A stretch of DNA of 64,000 bases from Vicugna vicugna (Eukaryota), in contig MU058039.1 in the NCBI GenBank assembly GCA_013265495.1, positions 932,591 through 996,590 of the forward strand, read 5' to 3'. Below, in pieces: positions 1-13,659 of this stretch. Each line of letters opens with the position of its first letter. Positions within the stretch are counted from its first letter, which is position 1. Both the position numbers and the translations under genes were made by a program. A model generated the notes under the pieces. It saw only the letters and a program-made list of their open reading frames with translations, did no database searches and was not told the origin of the DNA.

Positions 1-3000
1 TCAACTGCTCCATAACCTGGGCCGTGTTCGTTGCTGGTCACTACAATCTCCTGCTGCTGGTGGAAATTGAAGACCCCTCCACCAGGAAGTATTTCCAGGT
101 GGTCAGCTATGACCTGGGTAATTGGGGCACCATGGGGGGCTGAGTGGGAAGGGGCAAGAGCCCATGGTGTGAACTGAGGGCCCATCCTGTGGGATCTGTG
201 CCCAGCAGCCAGCCAGAAGGAAATGTTGTTCTGTCACTGCTGGGTAAGGGGCAGTGGTGGTGAACAGGCTGGAGAGGCTGAGAGGAAGTCAATGAGACTG
301 AAACAGAGGGGAAAGCCAAGGGAGGGATATTGGAGAGATGAGCAGGTGCCAAATCTGGAAGGGCCTTGTGGTGCACAGTAAGGAGATCTGATTTGATTTT
401 ACCCGAAGTGAGAATAGGGCTGCCATGTACAGTTGTACAAGCTGTGTATGGTGCTCCCCAGCCAAGGAGTCAGAGGAGGCAAGTCCTCTGCCCTAACAGG
501 ACTGTATCCTCTCAGAGGCAGTGCCTTTGGACAATCCACATAAAGAAACTCTAAGAGCTAATAGGCCCAAGTGGGAAACCGTTGGAGAGTCTTTGGCGGA
601 GTCGAGGGGCTGGGGACTTGCCCAGTTTCAGGTTTTGAAAGCTCAGGGCCTCAGGAGAGTTTGCTGCGTTTTCCCCACCTGCAGTCCGTGATTACCTGGT
701 CATCCTCTACACCGTCCCAGAATTCATCCCTGACGGTAGGAGGGGAAGGCAGAGGGGGCCGCAAAGCTGGGTGGGGGCCAAGAGGGGCCCAGGTGACCCC
801 ATCTCACTGCTGCATCCACTCTTCCTCTGTCTGCCAGCTCAAGGCCTGGAGTTCCTGAATATCCTAGGGGCAGAGTCTTATACCAACATCTCAATGGTAC
901 CTAAGGGCATGTCCTATAACCCATATAACAACTGGCTGTTCATCTGGGGCAACTTCCTCCTGATGAGGTATGGGGGATGGGCTGACTCGGCCTCCCCAGC
1001 CCCATTAGAGTGGGGGTTCTTTCTGAAGTCACCAGGTTTTCAGAGTATGCCCAAGTCCAGAAGTTGTCAGGAACTGGGATGGGGGAAATATGGGTTGGGG
1101 TAGGCAGGGAAGGATGGGGGAAGCCGGTATTTTAAAGCTGGGAGCCCTTTCTTGAATGAAACTTGATGTAAAGACCCAATCTGTATGGGCAATGGAAGGG
1201 TATTGTCTGGGGAAATTTACCCCTCAGGAACCTAAGAGATCCAACGTCAATGCCATGGGCTGTTGGCACACTGCCAGGTTGGTTGAATGCTCCTGTTTAC
1301 AGATGGGTAGGTTAGCCAGAGGGTTTGGATTGGGGGCAGAAGCTAGGGTCCCATTCTTAAAAGGCTGGTGGAGGACTGAGTAGATGGTTCCTGCATCATG
1401 TTAGGCCCAGTGGGGGGAACAGATATTCCCCAGGGGCCTTGCCTGGGTGCCCCTACCTCCTATCTCTGCCCCAGCAGCTATAACAATCAAAACTTCATCT
1501 ACCTGGCGGATTTCCCCAAGGAGCTGTCCATCAAGTACCTGGTCAACTCATTCCATGGGGACGTGGCTATTGTCACAGAGACCGAGGAGGTGGGCCGCCC
1601 TGCCCTTCTTCCCACCTCCTCTCTGCCCACCCCCAAATCCTGGCGGGTCTCCCTTTTCCCCATTAGAGTAAAGGGGCCCAAGGGAGGGAAGGTCCTCAGG
1701 GACTCCGGGGGAAGGGCAACAGGAGATCCATTTATAGCTGAGACTCCTTGAGCTCAAAAAGGTCAAGTACCTCTTCCAAAGTCACTCAGCAGAGTGCAAG
1801 ACTTGTGCTTAGAGCCATGATGTGATTGCCAGAGGGGTGCCTCTTTTATTCCGTCATGCAGTTGTTCAGTTCATAAATATTGAGCACTTACTGTATGCCT
1901 GACCCGGTGCTGGGGACACAGTGATGACTGAGTTAGGCCCAGGCCCTGTGCTCACCGGGTCACAGTCCAGTTGGAAAGATGGACTTGTTCCCAGACAGTG
2001 ACAGTTCAGAGTAGTCAGGGTTGCAACAGGGCAAACTGCACCTATGGTAGTTCAGATCGCATCTGTGTGTGTGTGTGTGTGTGTGTGTCCGGGAGGACTT
2101 CATAGAGGAGGCCACGTGGAGGGGGGGACATGCTGGAGCCTAGAGGGGATCCTCCAGGCTGAAGCTAAGAAGAAGGTGAGGTCTAGAGCCAAATGTGTTG
2201 GGGGGATGAGAGGGTGGGCATCAGTGCAGAGATGGGAAACTGAGGCCACGGGGATAGTGAGACCCTGGAGGGTGCAGAGTGAAAAGGAAAAAAGAGGGCT
2301 CATTCGTCAGAACCCCAGCCTTTAGGGGGTGTCTGTATTAGGAATGCTTAAACTGCAAGTAATAGAAACTCAAGCAGACTGAAACACTGAAGAAATTTAT
2401 CCAGGCGAGTGAGGGCTGGAAGCAAAGGTGGTTGAGTCTGGGAATTAGAAAGCTGGTCCCAGCTGGAGGTGAGCTCCCAAGCCTCACCCTGCAGGGAATG
2501 GGACCTTCACACTCAGCGGAGGGAGCAACGGGGTCAGAGGGCCTGTGGTCCTCACACACATACCCAGCTGTTGCACCCCCAGATTTGGTACCTCCTGGAG
2601 GGCAGCTACCGGGTGAACCAGCTCTTTCCATCCAAGGGCTGGGAGGTGTACATCAGCCTACAGGTGATGCACCAGTCCTCTCTCTACGCCCCCAATGAGA
2701 CCATGGTCACCCTCTTCTACGAAGACAGAAAACTGTACCAGGTGCCAGGTGGGGGGCTATGGGGAGACATGGGGAGCCAGAGGGTGGCTGACGCCAGCTC
2801 ACATGGCCCTGCCTTCCCACTGCAGCTGGTATACCTTATAGACAACCAGCAGGGCAGGCTCGTCAAGAGGCTTGTGCCTGTGGAGCAGCTTCTGATGTAC
2901 CAGCAGCTCAGCAACGGCTACCACTTGAAGCCGCAAGGGTGAGAAGATACTGGACCACAGCAGTAGTCAGAGAGCCCTAGGCTCCCATTCGTGTGAAGCT

Positions 3001-6000
3001 CCCTTTCTGGGATGGGGATTGGGGGGGAGGACCAAGCCATCCTCAACAACTAGGCTGGGCTCAAAGGAGCGGTCTGACCCAGCCTGTGGGCAAGACGCAT
3101 CAGGGAGGGCTTCAAGGAGGAAGATATGCATGAGCTGTGACCTGAAGGGTGAGGAAGAATTGTCCAGGTGACAGGATGGAGAAGGGTGTTCCAGAATGGG
3201 GGAACCACATGTGCAAAGGACCCAGGGAAGAAAGGAGATTGTGCTGTCAAGAACTGTGAGGGAGCAGTGCAGACAGAGTGCAGTGGTGGTCATAGGGAGG
3301 AACTTGGACTACGTGTTGAGGAGCCTGGGGAACTATGATGGGACTAAGGGAAGGGACTACATGGTTTTACTATGTTCAGTAGTGATCCTTCTGGTCACCT
3401 GTGAGAGGCAGCTGGGGGAGGAGGGACGTGGAAAGGTGCTTAGGAGGTTGAATACTTGGAGGGTTCCTGGTGAGTCTAGGCTGAAGTCCAGGACTCTGGT
3501 TGGAGGGACCGAGGGACGACCAGGGGAATGTGTCCAGGGCCAGGCGGGGCAGAGGCTGAGAAGGAAGGTCCAGGCTAGATTAGCCTTGGGTAGTCAGCAC
3601 TGAAGTGAGAAAAAGGTCTTCGGAGGCTCCAGGTGCGCCTGGCCGGCGCGGAAAAGTCAACTGCCGTTCTCCACTCCCGCTACCTAGGGGTCACCTGACT
3701 CTCTCCTTCACCGAATTCTGCCCCTTCATGGTGTTGCGCCTGCGGGACCTACCCAACCCGCAAATCTACACGCGGCAGGAGCGCTACCGAGCACAGCCGC
3801 CGCGCGTCCTGGAGCCCTCGGGCTTCCACAACGAGATCTCCCTCGCTGCCTATCAGGGCCTCGTTTACTACCTGCTCTGGCTGCACTCCGTGTACGACAA
3901 GGTGGGCGCCTGGAGGCGGCCGGGGCTTCCGGGCCGGGGCTGGTCTGAGGCAGGACTGCAAAGGCTTAGGAGGCAAGGCCTACGTGGCTGGGAGAACCAC
4001 CGCGGAGGGTGGGGAAGAGCGGAGCATCCCCGGTGCGTCTGAGGCTGAGGGGCCTGAGGGGGCTGGGGAGGGCGTCGAGCACGGCTCCGGGGAGGTGGCT
4101 TTGGGGTGTGGCCGTCGGGCAGAAAGCGGGGCTTGGGGCGGGGCCGGGGTTTGTATCTTTCGCTTTGAGTCAGCGGCTGGGACTGAGGATAGGAAGGGGT
4201 CTGGGGTGCCGCCTACCTGGACACGCACCCCGGCCCTCCTCGTGATGCTGGCGGTCCCTGCAGCCCTACGCGGACCCGGTCCACGACCCCACCTGGCGCT
4301 GGTGGAAGGACAGGAAGCAGGATCAGGTGAGTGGAGAGGGCTGCGAGTCGGGGAGGACCCAGCCTGACACCCTCACCGTCCCTTGTCTCTTGGGGCTGAC
4401 TTTGGCCGGCATCCGGTCCCCCAGGATTACTACTTCTACCTGGCGAGCAACTGGAGGAGCGCGGGCAAGGTGCACATTGACATGACTAGTTACGAAAAGA
4501 TCTACGACCTCAAGGCCGAGTATGAGCTGCCCGAGCGCATCTTCCTGGACAAAGGCACCAGCTACAGCTTTTCCATCTTCCTGACCGCCCAGGGGCATTT
4601 GTTCAAGTCGGAGATCCAGCACGGTCTGTGGGCGGGGCCGGGTGGAATCTGAGGGGCGGGGTTTCGTTCGGGTCTGGCTGAAGGCCCTAATCCCTCCCTC
4701 TGCTCCAAGCAGGGGTCTCCGTCCAGCCGCAGAGTCGGGCAAAGCTGGCGGTGGTGCTGGGCGACCCGGGTTGCATCGAGGTGGTGATGAAGAAGGAGGT
4801 CCTTATTAATCGCTACTTGGTACTTTTCTGGGTGAGACCAGATGGGGAAGGAGAAGTGGAGGCAGAGCTACTAGTGGACCCGTTAGAAACCCTCGGTTAT
4901 TTAACTGTCTCTGGGTTCTCTCATTGGCCTGCTGACCCGTTTTCTGCCCTCAACCCCAGGTTACGCTCAGTGATAAAAGGTCTTGCTTTGACCAAGGCAT
5001 TAGTGGACATCACCTTAAGAAGACCTCCATGCTCGTCAAGGTGTGGTCCAAGCCCGGCAAAGAGGGAGGCGGGATAAGGGGAAAGACTGGGACCCTGTGT
5101 TAAACCATCATCACCTGTTCCTACTCACAGGTGGTGGGCTCTGCCTGGCACTGCTTTCAGAACACGCTCCAGGGGCCCCGCATGCAAGTATTGGACTTGG
5201 GGTACTCGGCCCTGTGCTGGGAGGGAAGGGGTTGGGTCAAGTCTCAACAGGGCTGAGTCCAAGGGCCTCCCCTGGGAATCCCATGTATGACTTCCTAATT
5301 TCTTCCTTCTTGTTCATTTTCGTCATTTCCCTGCCCAGTCACTCACTCGCTCCTTCCAGCCACCCATGTTTTCAGATTGCACACAGGCTTGAATGTCCCT
5401 TCTGATACTTTTCTGCAGAGGGAACATAAAGTATCTATGACACAAGGCTTCTTCCAATCAGTACAAAGGTGGCCTGTGGACCGGCTTGGCCCCTCTTTCA
5501 CACCTTGCTCGTGCATCGTTCAAGCCTTTGGGTCCTTGGTTTTCACTTGTTTACACATACAATATCTCCTTCACATAGAAGCAGACACTGAGGCTCAGAG
5601 AGGGGCAGACATCTGCTTAGAGTAACCCCGGGAGCTAATAAGTGGTAGAAGAGGCCTTGTTCTTACCCACTGCCCTGCCCACTCTCCAGCAGACAGAGCC
5701 TGGGGATCCTCCCTCCTGGCTTGGTATGACCCAGGGTAGTATAAAAAAAAATTGAGTTGTAACAGCCCCCAATTCCTTGGATTACATTAGAGAACCCAGG
5801 TCATGTGCAGGGAAGAATGACTGACCTCAGCATCCAGGAAGTGTTTCCTGCTATCCTTAGTGATACACATTATTTTTCTCTTAATCATGACACCAAACTC
5901 AGAGTTAACTCCATTTTTGACCCAGCAGATCCCTTCTGGGAATCTGATCTGCAAACACACTGTTACAGCAAAAGACTAGAGACAGCCTAAATGTTTGTTA

Positions 6001-6622
6001 ATTAGGGGAGTGGTTATATAAATGGTGGTTCCATGCAGTGGAAAACTATTCAGCTGTTAAGAAAGAAAGAAAAAAAAAAGGCAGAGAGAACAAAGATCTC
6101 CACATACTGATGTCGAATGATCTCCAAAGTGTATTTTATTCTTAAGAGAAAAAAGCAGGGGACAGAACAGTATAAACAAAATGTGAGCATGAATGGTCAA
6201 TTGAGAACATATATCCATGCTTGCTTTTATTTGCGAGAAGAAACTCTGGGAAAATAGGCAAGAAAGTCCTCAGAGTGGTTCCCTATTCTCGGAATAGGGA
6301 AGAGGCAGGACAGCTGGAAGATGGGAGAGGAAATGAAATTTTTACTATATATATGGGTGTGTGTATATATATATGCATATATATGTCTACTCTCTCTCTC
6401 TCTCTCTCTCTCTCGTGACCATAATATCCACCTAAACTAAAGTTTAAGGTTTAAAAAGCCAATTTTTTTTAAACATGGAGGGGAGGGGCTTGAGTGGTAG
6501 AGCACATGCTTGGCATGCACGAGGTTCTGGGTTCAATCCCTAGTACCTCCATTAAAAAAAACAACAACTAATAATAAATAAATGAAGAGACCTAATGACC
6601 TCCCACCACCAAAATAAATAAA

Positions 6623-6666
<44 letters not shown>

Positions 6667-9600
6667 CAGGGAAACAGAGGAGCTGAAGGTGAAATGCAGT
6701 CTGACTTCTCTCTATCTGCATTCTCAGGCTGGGGCCTTTTAGATTTCTTGTCCCTTTCTCTCCCCTCCCCCACATTGCCAGATCAAGAAGTATGTGTATT
6801 TGGAAGGCTTGGAGACTCTCTCTGGCTCCCCATCCTGGGAAAAATGGAAACTGGAACTAATCTGATAAACAGTGGGTTCTCAATCGGTAAATATGTTGGA
6901 TGAAGGAAGGAAGAAATGAACTTCCGCATACTAGGCACTCAAGGCTTGGGGCAGCCCTCAGCAGGCCAGCTCCAGAGATAGGCCTCCAGGGGAGAATGGG
7001 GTTGGGGCTGGGATTGAGGGGACAGACCAGGAACAGATTTCACTCCCAGTGCCTGGAGCTTATGCATTCATTCCACCAATATTTATTGAGTGCCCGTCAC
7101 ATGCCAGCATTGGTCTTTAGGTGCTGGGATTACAGCGGTGAACAAAACACAATTCCTGTCCTTGCGAAGCTGACTTCCTAGTGGCGGGATTGAGTGGGAT
7201 GGGGGACAGCAGGTAGTGTATTGGTTTCCTAGGGCTGCCATGACAAATTAGCACAAACTGGGAAATGTATTCTCTCCCAGTTGTGGAGGACAGAAGTCCA
7301 GAATCAGGACTGTTCTCCTCTGCAGTTTGAGGGAGAATCAGTTCTAGGCCTCCAGCCCAGCTTCCGGTGGTCATTGACAATCCTTGACACTCCTTGGCTT
7401 GAAGATGCATCACTCCAACTCTGCCTCCATCCTCACAGGACACTTATAAGGACACTGGTCATTGGATTAGTGCCCACCCTAGTCCAGTACGACCTCATCT
7501 TAACTTGATTACCTCTGCAAAGACCCTATTCCAAGTTAGGTCACAGGCGCAGGTACCCGGGGATTAGGACTTCAGCCTATCTTCTGGGGATGCACAATTC
7601 AACCCAGAACAGAGTCAGGCAATAATCCAGAGAAATAAAGGATATTGGATGTTAAGGGGCGGTGAGCACTAGGAGAAAAAGAAGCAGGCTAGGGATGTGG
7701 GGTATGTTATCCTTTTCCATAGGATGGTTCAGGGAAGGCCTGGCTAAGGAGGAAACATTTGAGCAAAGACTTGAAGGAGGAGAGGAAGCGAGCACATGGT
7801 TATGTGCCAGAAAGTGTGCCAGTGAGAGGTGACGGATTGCAGAGAGACTTGGAAGCAGAAGTATGGTTCACAGACTAAGGGAACAGTAAGGAGCAGGCAT
7901 GACTGGATCAGGGCAGGCGAGGAGGAGCATGAAGAGAGATGAGATCACAGTGGTGATGGGCAGATCACGCCAGGCCTAGTGGGCCCCGGTGAGTGAGGTG
8001 ACACCTCGGGAGCCATCCTAGCAGAGGAGCAACACAGGTGTTCACAGGGTCCCCCTGGCTGCATGTGGGGGTTAGCTCTGGAGGGAAGGGCTGGAACAGG
8101 GACACCAGGGAGGGAGCAGGTTGGGCCAGCCAGGGTGGGGCAGAGGAGCTGAGAGGTTGTCAGGGAGAATAGCTCTATTTTGAAGTCTAGAGACAACAGA
8201 GTATCTGGATGGACTGGATGTGGGAGTGAGAGAAAGAGAGGTTTCCAGGATGAGGCCAAGGCCTCAAGCCTGAACATGGAGGAAAGAGGTACCATAAACT
8301 GAGGTGGGTTGTGGATAGATTGAATCTGAGATGCTCATTAGACTTCCTTGTGACTTAGTGGCTGATAGGTGTAAAGTCTTTGGCCCAGGCCTGGGGTGGG
8401 AAGGGCTTAATCTAGGGCCACCGACCCCTCTGCACAGTCATCATCAACCCAGGCCACAGCCTCCAGATGCCCATGTCCCTCTGAGACTTGGATGAAACCC
8501 CTGAGCCCTAACCCTGATATGGGCCAAGGACTTTTCATTCCTAGGACAATGTCACGGGGGTCCCCTACCCTGACCCCCATTCTGGGCTCCGCTTCCCTCA
8601 TGTATTCCATGCTTCCCTCAGGTCTCTTATTTGAGAAATCGGGCTCAACTTCCATCCCCCAAAGTCCAGCTAGGAGTCGGATGCTCTGTAGGTGTAGGTG
8701 TTGGTGGCTTTGTATATCTGATTCTGGAGGCGGCTGAAAGCAACCTGTCTCAGTTTGAATCCCAGCTCTGCCACTTACCAGCTGTGTGGCTGTGGATAAT
8801 TAAATGACTTGGCTTCTCTGTGCCTCACTTTTGCCATCTCTAAAATGGAGATATTAATAGTCTACCATGCAAGGCTGTTTTGAGGATTAAATGAGTATGA
8901 ATACATAAGGCACTTAGAACATTCCTTAGTGCTGGTGCATCATAAGAGCTAAGTGTTTGCAGTTATTAGAATGTTGTTTTAAGGATAATAATGATGACAT
9001 TGCCCTCTGATGATGGTGAACCTGGCAAGTGGTGGCAGTGTGTGTGGGAGGAGGGGTGTCCTCCCCGCCCCACCCTCCAGAGTAAGGCTTTTCTCCTCTC
9101 ACTCAGGGCAGCTTGATGATACCAGTGCTTATCGGCTGCCCCCCAGGCAAGCGCCTGGCCTTCGACATCACCTACACGCTGGAGTACAGCCGCCTGCAGA
9201 ACAAGCATTACTTCGACTGCGTGCAAGTGGATCCTGAGATGCCCTGCTTCTTCTTCCGCGATAGTGCGTTTCCGGTCCCCTCCTCTCATTGTTCAGTGTC
9301 TTCTGCCCCGGCCACTTTGCCTTCCCTAAACTTTCCTCCTGCCCACTCATCATCCACCCATCTTCTGCTCTTCCCCTTGGTCCTCTCATCTCCCCTTCCT
9401 CCCCTCTCCATCCTCCACTTCCAAGCTAATTTCTCCTCCTTCTGGCCTCAACCCCTCCTACCCCACAGTCTTCTACCCCTTCTTCTTGATCCAAGACTTG
9501 GTGACGGGAGATTCTGGCAGTTTTCAGGGCAGGTAAAGGCATGGCCAAGCTAGCGGCTGATGGGAGTGGGGTGGGGAGGTGGGGAGAGAGTGGGGATTGG

Positions 9601-11803
9601 GTGGTAGAGGTAATGCAGGATTCTGGACACCGAGGCCAGTCCATGAGCACCTGTGCTCCCGGCAGCTACGTACTGAAGGTGGTGGGCGGCGGGCCCACCA
9701 TGGACACCATCAAGGAATACAGCGAGGAGGAGATCTACCGCTTCAACAGCCCTCTGGACAAGTAATCCCTGTGGGACCTGGCCCATAATCAGCCTTTCTT
9801 CCACTGCTGGCCCCTTCAGTTTCCCAGCCATAGACCTAGTCTTGACTGCAAGCCCCACCCACCTTGGTATCTCCGGCCCCGCCCACAGCCCAGGCTCCTA
9901 GGATTTCACACTTTTTGGCCTGGAGCACAACCTGAGGCCTCGCCCACCCAAGTCTCTTCCCCTCCCAGCTCCCTTGCTTCACGCTGCTGGCCTCCCCCTC
10001 CCCCTCCCCCAACCCCCGACTGAGGTTACTGCTTCCTGCACAGGACCCGCAGCCTCATCTGGACCACGAAGAACACGACCACCAAGGACTCGGCCTTCAA
10101 CATCATGTCCCACAACAGTTTAGGCATTGAGTGAGTACCTGGCCCGACTGCTGGCCCCCTTCTCCCCTCCTTGCTTACAATCTATCGGACCTATCCATCC
10201 TTTCTGCCTCTGGGACATCTCTTGATCCTGAAGCTATGCTGTGTGTTCCTCAAATGAGGCTGAATTTACACAAGCTGGACCTTCTGTCTGCAGGGCTGGT
10301 TCCTCTTACTCTTTCTTCAGGCCTTAGTTCAGAAGCCCCTTCATTTGGGAGGACTCTTCTGACTCCTCTAGGTGGTTCTGTTGGGTCTCACATTCTCCTG
10401 TACTTTCCCCATTCCCACCCTGACCGCTCTGCCTGTGCTTCCCCTGCCCAGCTCTGACCCCTCTGGGCCGGCACTGTCTCCAGTAGGGCCTATCTCTCTT
10501 AGGGGTCCAGTCCAGAATAAACAACAGAGTATTTGTTGAGTGAGACAGTGAACAAATTAATTGATTCATTCACGGTGGGCATTTATTGACATTCAGATGG
10601 AGGTATTAATGAACGAATAAAACAATGAAGGAATGAGTTAGCATACAGGGCTTCAATAACTATTTTTGAGTCAGTGAGAGGAAGAAAATGGTGCCTTGAG
10701 CAAATGAAGGAAGTGAATGAATGAACAAAGTAACCAACCTGCACCTCGTCAGTATTCACCCTGTGTTTACTGAATACATGAATAAAGGAAAGAATAGATG
10801 AAGGAAGATGACTTTGTACCTAGTAGCTTCTTAGGCTACATTTGTGGGATGAAGGAATGAGGGCAGCAAGGGAAAAATGAGGAGTTGACACGTAATAGGT
10901 ATAGAATCCATAGTCTAGATGAAGGCATAGTAATGGAGCACTCGACATCGGAGATGCGAAGACAGGAGGAAACGAGTGAGTTCACAAACAGCCTGTCTCC
11001 TGGTAGGGGTTCCGTCAGCCTTATTGGGTGCATGAGTGAAGGGGTGAATCGGGGAGGAAGGTATGAGATTGCCTGTCATTAGTGCTCACCTGGAGTTTGT
11101 GGGGTGGAGGGAGAAGTCAGGGGTTCGTACGTGGTAGGTATGATTTGTATCACAAGGTCCTGAACTCGGGCCCCCAGGTGGCTCTGTCTGGAGAACTCCC
11201 CGTGCTACGACACTGTTCCCCACAGCATCTTCGCCCCTGAATTCTACTTCAAGGTGTTGGTGAGCAATAGGTGAGCCAGACCTGTGGTCCCTGTGGGTGG
11301 GGGCTGCCTGGGGTGCCTAGCTCCTCCCTCGATCCTGAACCCCATCCCCCACCAGAGGTGTGGACAAGAGCACATACTGTGACTACCAGCTCACCTTCCT
11401 GCTGCACATCCACGGGCTCCCACTCAGCGCCAAGCGGGCCTTCTTCATCCTCATGGTGAGTGGCCGCCCAGGAGCTGCCCCGCTGGGTGGGTGGTGGCCC
11501 CCAGGCCACCCGCCCATGCCTGTTGTGTGGTGCCTGCAGGTGTCAGCCAGCCTGTTTGTCAGCCTGGTCATCCTCTACCTCATCTTCTGCCTCCTGTTGC
11601 CCTGTATGATGAAGGCCTGCAACGTCCTCCACTGGAAGATCGGTAACATCATGGCCTCAGAATCCTACACCTACAGCACCCACTCCAACACCAGAGTCTT
11701 CATCAGGACCTCTGGGACCAAATCTGGGGGTGGCTCCAGGGGTAGCTCCAGAGTCATCCCCAAGGCAGTGCAGGAGAACAAGGATGTACTCAAAAAACCT
11801 TGA
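1..11803 (+). CDS. CATSPERG: Cation channel sperm-associated auxiliary subunit gamma, 3' portion (5' exons lie outside the window)
   Basis: Phase-consistent GT-AG exons: <1-117, 685-735, 838-967, 1478-1589, 2583-2741, 2826-2938, 3688-3901, 4264-4326, 4425-4623, 4713-4831, 4960-5040, 5131-5187, 9107-9263, 9469-9532, 9666-9761, 10044-10130, 11178-11270, 11356-11455, 11540-11803 (TGA). Peptides [46 protein letters not shown] and a C-terminal TM segment match CATSPERG as recalled. Confidence 0.95.
2064..2088. repeat. (TG)n microsatellite
   Basis: About 12 TG units seen directly. Confidence 0.95.
3600..4830. other. Intragenic CpG-rich island over CATSPERG internal exons
   Basis: Visibly high CpG/GC density compared with the CpG-depleted flanks. 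Confidence 0.6.
5930..6350 (+). mobile_element. Old L1 3' fragment
   Basis: Degenerate L1 3'-end-like text (aaatgtttgttaattaggggagtggttatataaatggt...tattcagctgttaagaaag); boundaries approximate. Confidence 0.5.
6390..6414. repeat. (CT)n microsatellite preceded by TA/TG dinucleotide runs
   Basis: Seen directly. Confidence 0.9.
6480..6666 (+). mobile_element. tRNA-derived SINE (camelid Vic-1-like) with (TAAA)n tail
   Basis: tRNA-like head with A-box (gagtggtag) and B-box (ggttcaatccc), then a non-tRNA body and an A-rich/(TAAA)n tail. Confidence 0.85.
7217..7611. mobile_element. MaLR (MLT1-type) solo LTR
   Basis: TG...CA termini with typical text (tgtattggtttcctagggctgcc...gacctcatcttaacttgattac...aattcaacccagaaca); interrupts L2-like sequence. 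Confidence 0.8.
7620..8345 (+). mobile_element. L2 (LINE2) fragment
   Basis: Typical L2 text (agggaaggcctggctaaggagg...tgagcaaagacttgaaggagg...ggatgtgggagtgagagaaagagagg); boundaries approximate. Confidence 0.65.
8740..8970. mobile_element. MIR SINE
   Basis: Core text tttgaatcccagctctgccacttaccagctgtgtg...ctctgtgcctca...tgaggattaaatgag. Many other MIR copies are visible (e.g. near 16870, 19720, 20100, 31200, 46000, 50200). Confidence 0.8.
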
Positions 11804-12015
11804 AGAAGTTATTGCTGACCTGAGCCTCTTGCCTGCCCCAACCACCACCCACCCTCATCTCTCCTTTCCTGGGCCATCTTGGAAAAGCAACCTGTCACTC
11901 ATCCCAGGACCTTCTTCCTGTTTTCCTTGAATTTTCACTTCTCATTTCAGCACCAGTGGTGGGTCCTCGTCAGGACTCATGTTCAGTTAGTTTGTACCAC
12001 CCAGCCACATAGGTT

Positions 12016-12021
12016 ATTAAA
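12016..12021 (+). terminator. Candidate CATSPERG poly(A) signal (ATTAAA)
   Basis: Variant hexamer about 210 nt after the stop codon. Confidence 0.55.
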
Positions 12022-13542
12022 ATATCTAAGTCCTTCTCGGCCAGCTGGTAGACCAGTGGCTTCTCTGTGTGCCTGCCAACTCAGCCCCTCCCCAGGGTGC
12101 CCTTGACCTCCCTACCATCCAGCAGGGTCCTCTGTGACCCAGGCCTGTTGCTATGGCCTGCAGTCTGTTCTGATTGTTCAGTGCCCAGGTTTAAAACGGT
12201 TGTTAAATTTTTTGAATGTCAACACCTATCTAGTGTCTAGCCTAAGGAGGGGACTCTGGAGAGGCTGACTTTTATTTTAGTTGCAGATAGCAAAAGTGTC
12301 ACTCACATGGTCCACATAGAAATGGTAATTTATGGACTTTGTTAATATAGACTTCAGGTACAGTTTGATCCAGAAGGCCACAATGTCCATAGGATTCTGG
12401 CTCCATGTTTCCCTGCTCTGCCCTTCTCTGAGGTTGGCCTCTGACCTCAGGCCAGCCCCCCTGCCCCAATCTGAGGCTGCACATCTACATGTCTGTCCTA
12501 TTGTCCCAAGATAAAAGGGGCTGGAGTCCAACATTCCCAGGCAAAAGTCCTATCAGACTCTGATTGAATGGGGTTGTAAGGTCACTTTACCACTCACACT
12601 GCCAGAGGAATGGGACCTTGATTGGTTGAAGCCCTTCAGAGCTCACCCCTGGAACTGAAGGTAGTCAATCCCACCCTAATCTCTTGCTCATGTGTAGGTA
12701 AGGGCAGTTCTTGTAAGAAAATTGTATGTCAAGAAGGGGAAAAGGGGACTGAAAAGCAAAAAGCAAATGTGCCTTTGAACTCCACTCTCTGTTCAACCAA
12801 TAGGCCCAACTTCAGCACCTCCTCAGAGGTCTTGGGTGAAGTGACTATGGAGGTCCTCTGACCATCCCCTGCCACTCCTTCACCGTAGAAGTAGAGGCCC
12901 AGGGGACACAGGGACAGACAGCTGGACCAGGTTGTCTGTGATGAGACAGCAAGGTGGCTGAGGTCACATTTTGTGGAGCTTAGGAATTATCAGAGGAGAA
13001 TTTAGAGCCAAGAAGCTGAAGGATATGGTCAGATGCAGAAAGATGTCTTCACTGCCCTGTGGAGAATGGCTCAGGGCTGGAAGCTATAGGCTGGGGAGCG
13101 GGCAGAAGGGGATGGTGCTGGACCAAAGCCTGGGGTAGGGAGGAGAAGGCGCAGGTGGAAGGGATGCTCAGGAAGCCTGGCAAACAGACTGTGAAACTGA
13201 CATCCCAAGGAAGGATGGGAGTGATGGGGGCATTTAGGAAAAGGCCCAGGCCTCTGCCCTGGGGGATGGGGGACAAAGAGGCTGTCACTGAGATGAGGAC
13301 AAAGGAGAAGGAGGTTTTGTGGACACACTAAGGCCATTTGGGGACATGGTGGGTGTGGGACGTCTGAGAGATTTCTCAAGGAGCTTTTTCAGGAGGCTGC
13401 GGGAACCACAGGTCTGGGACTCAGGAGGGAGGTCAGGAATGGTCAAGTAGTATGGTCCAATAGTCAGTGGTACAGGCTCATCAATAAAATTAATTGCATT
13501 GATGCAATTCAGGAGAATGTGATGAGATAATACCCATTTTTA

Positions 13543-13637
13543 ATTTTTTTGGTGGGGGGAAGTAGGTTTATTTGTTTATTCAAATGGAGGTACTGGGTTT
13601 AATTGTGCACTCTGTCACTGAGCTATAGCCTCTCCCC
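13543..13637 (-). mobile_element. Internally deleted tRNA-derived SINE (same family as 6480)
   Basis: Reverse complement ggggagaggctatagctcagtgacagagtgcac...cccagtacctccattt; flanked by degenerate direct repeats gataatacccatttttaa / gacaatatcctattttaa. Confidence 0.7.
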
Positions 13638-13659
13638 TGACAATATCCTATTTTAACCA

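Noticed and set aside
6480..6551. Possible tRNA gene
   Set aside because: Degenerate stems, followed by a SINE body and A-rich tail; it is a SINE head.
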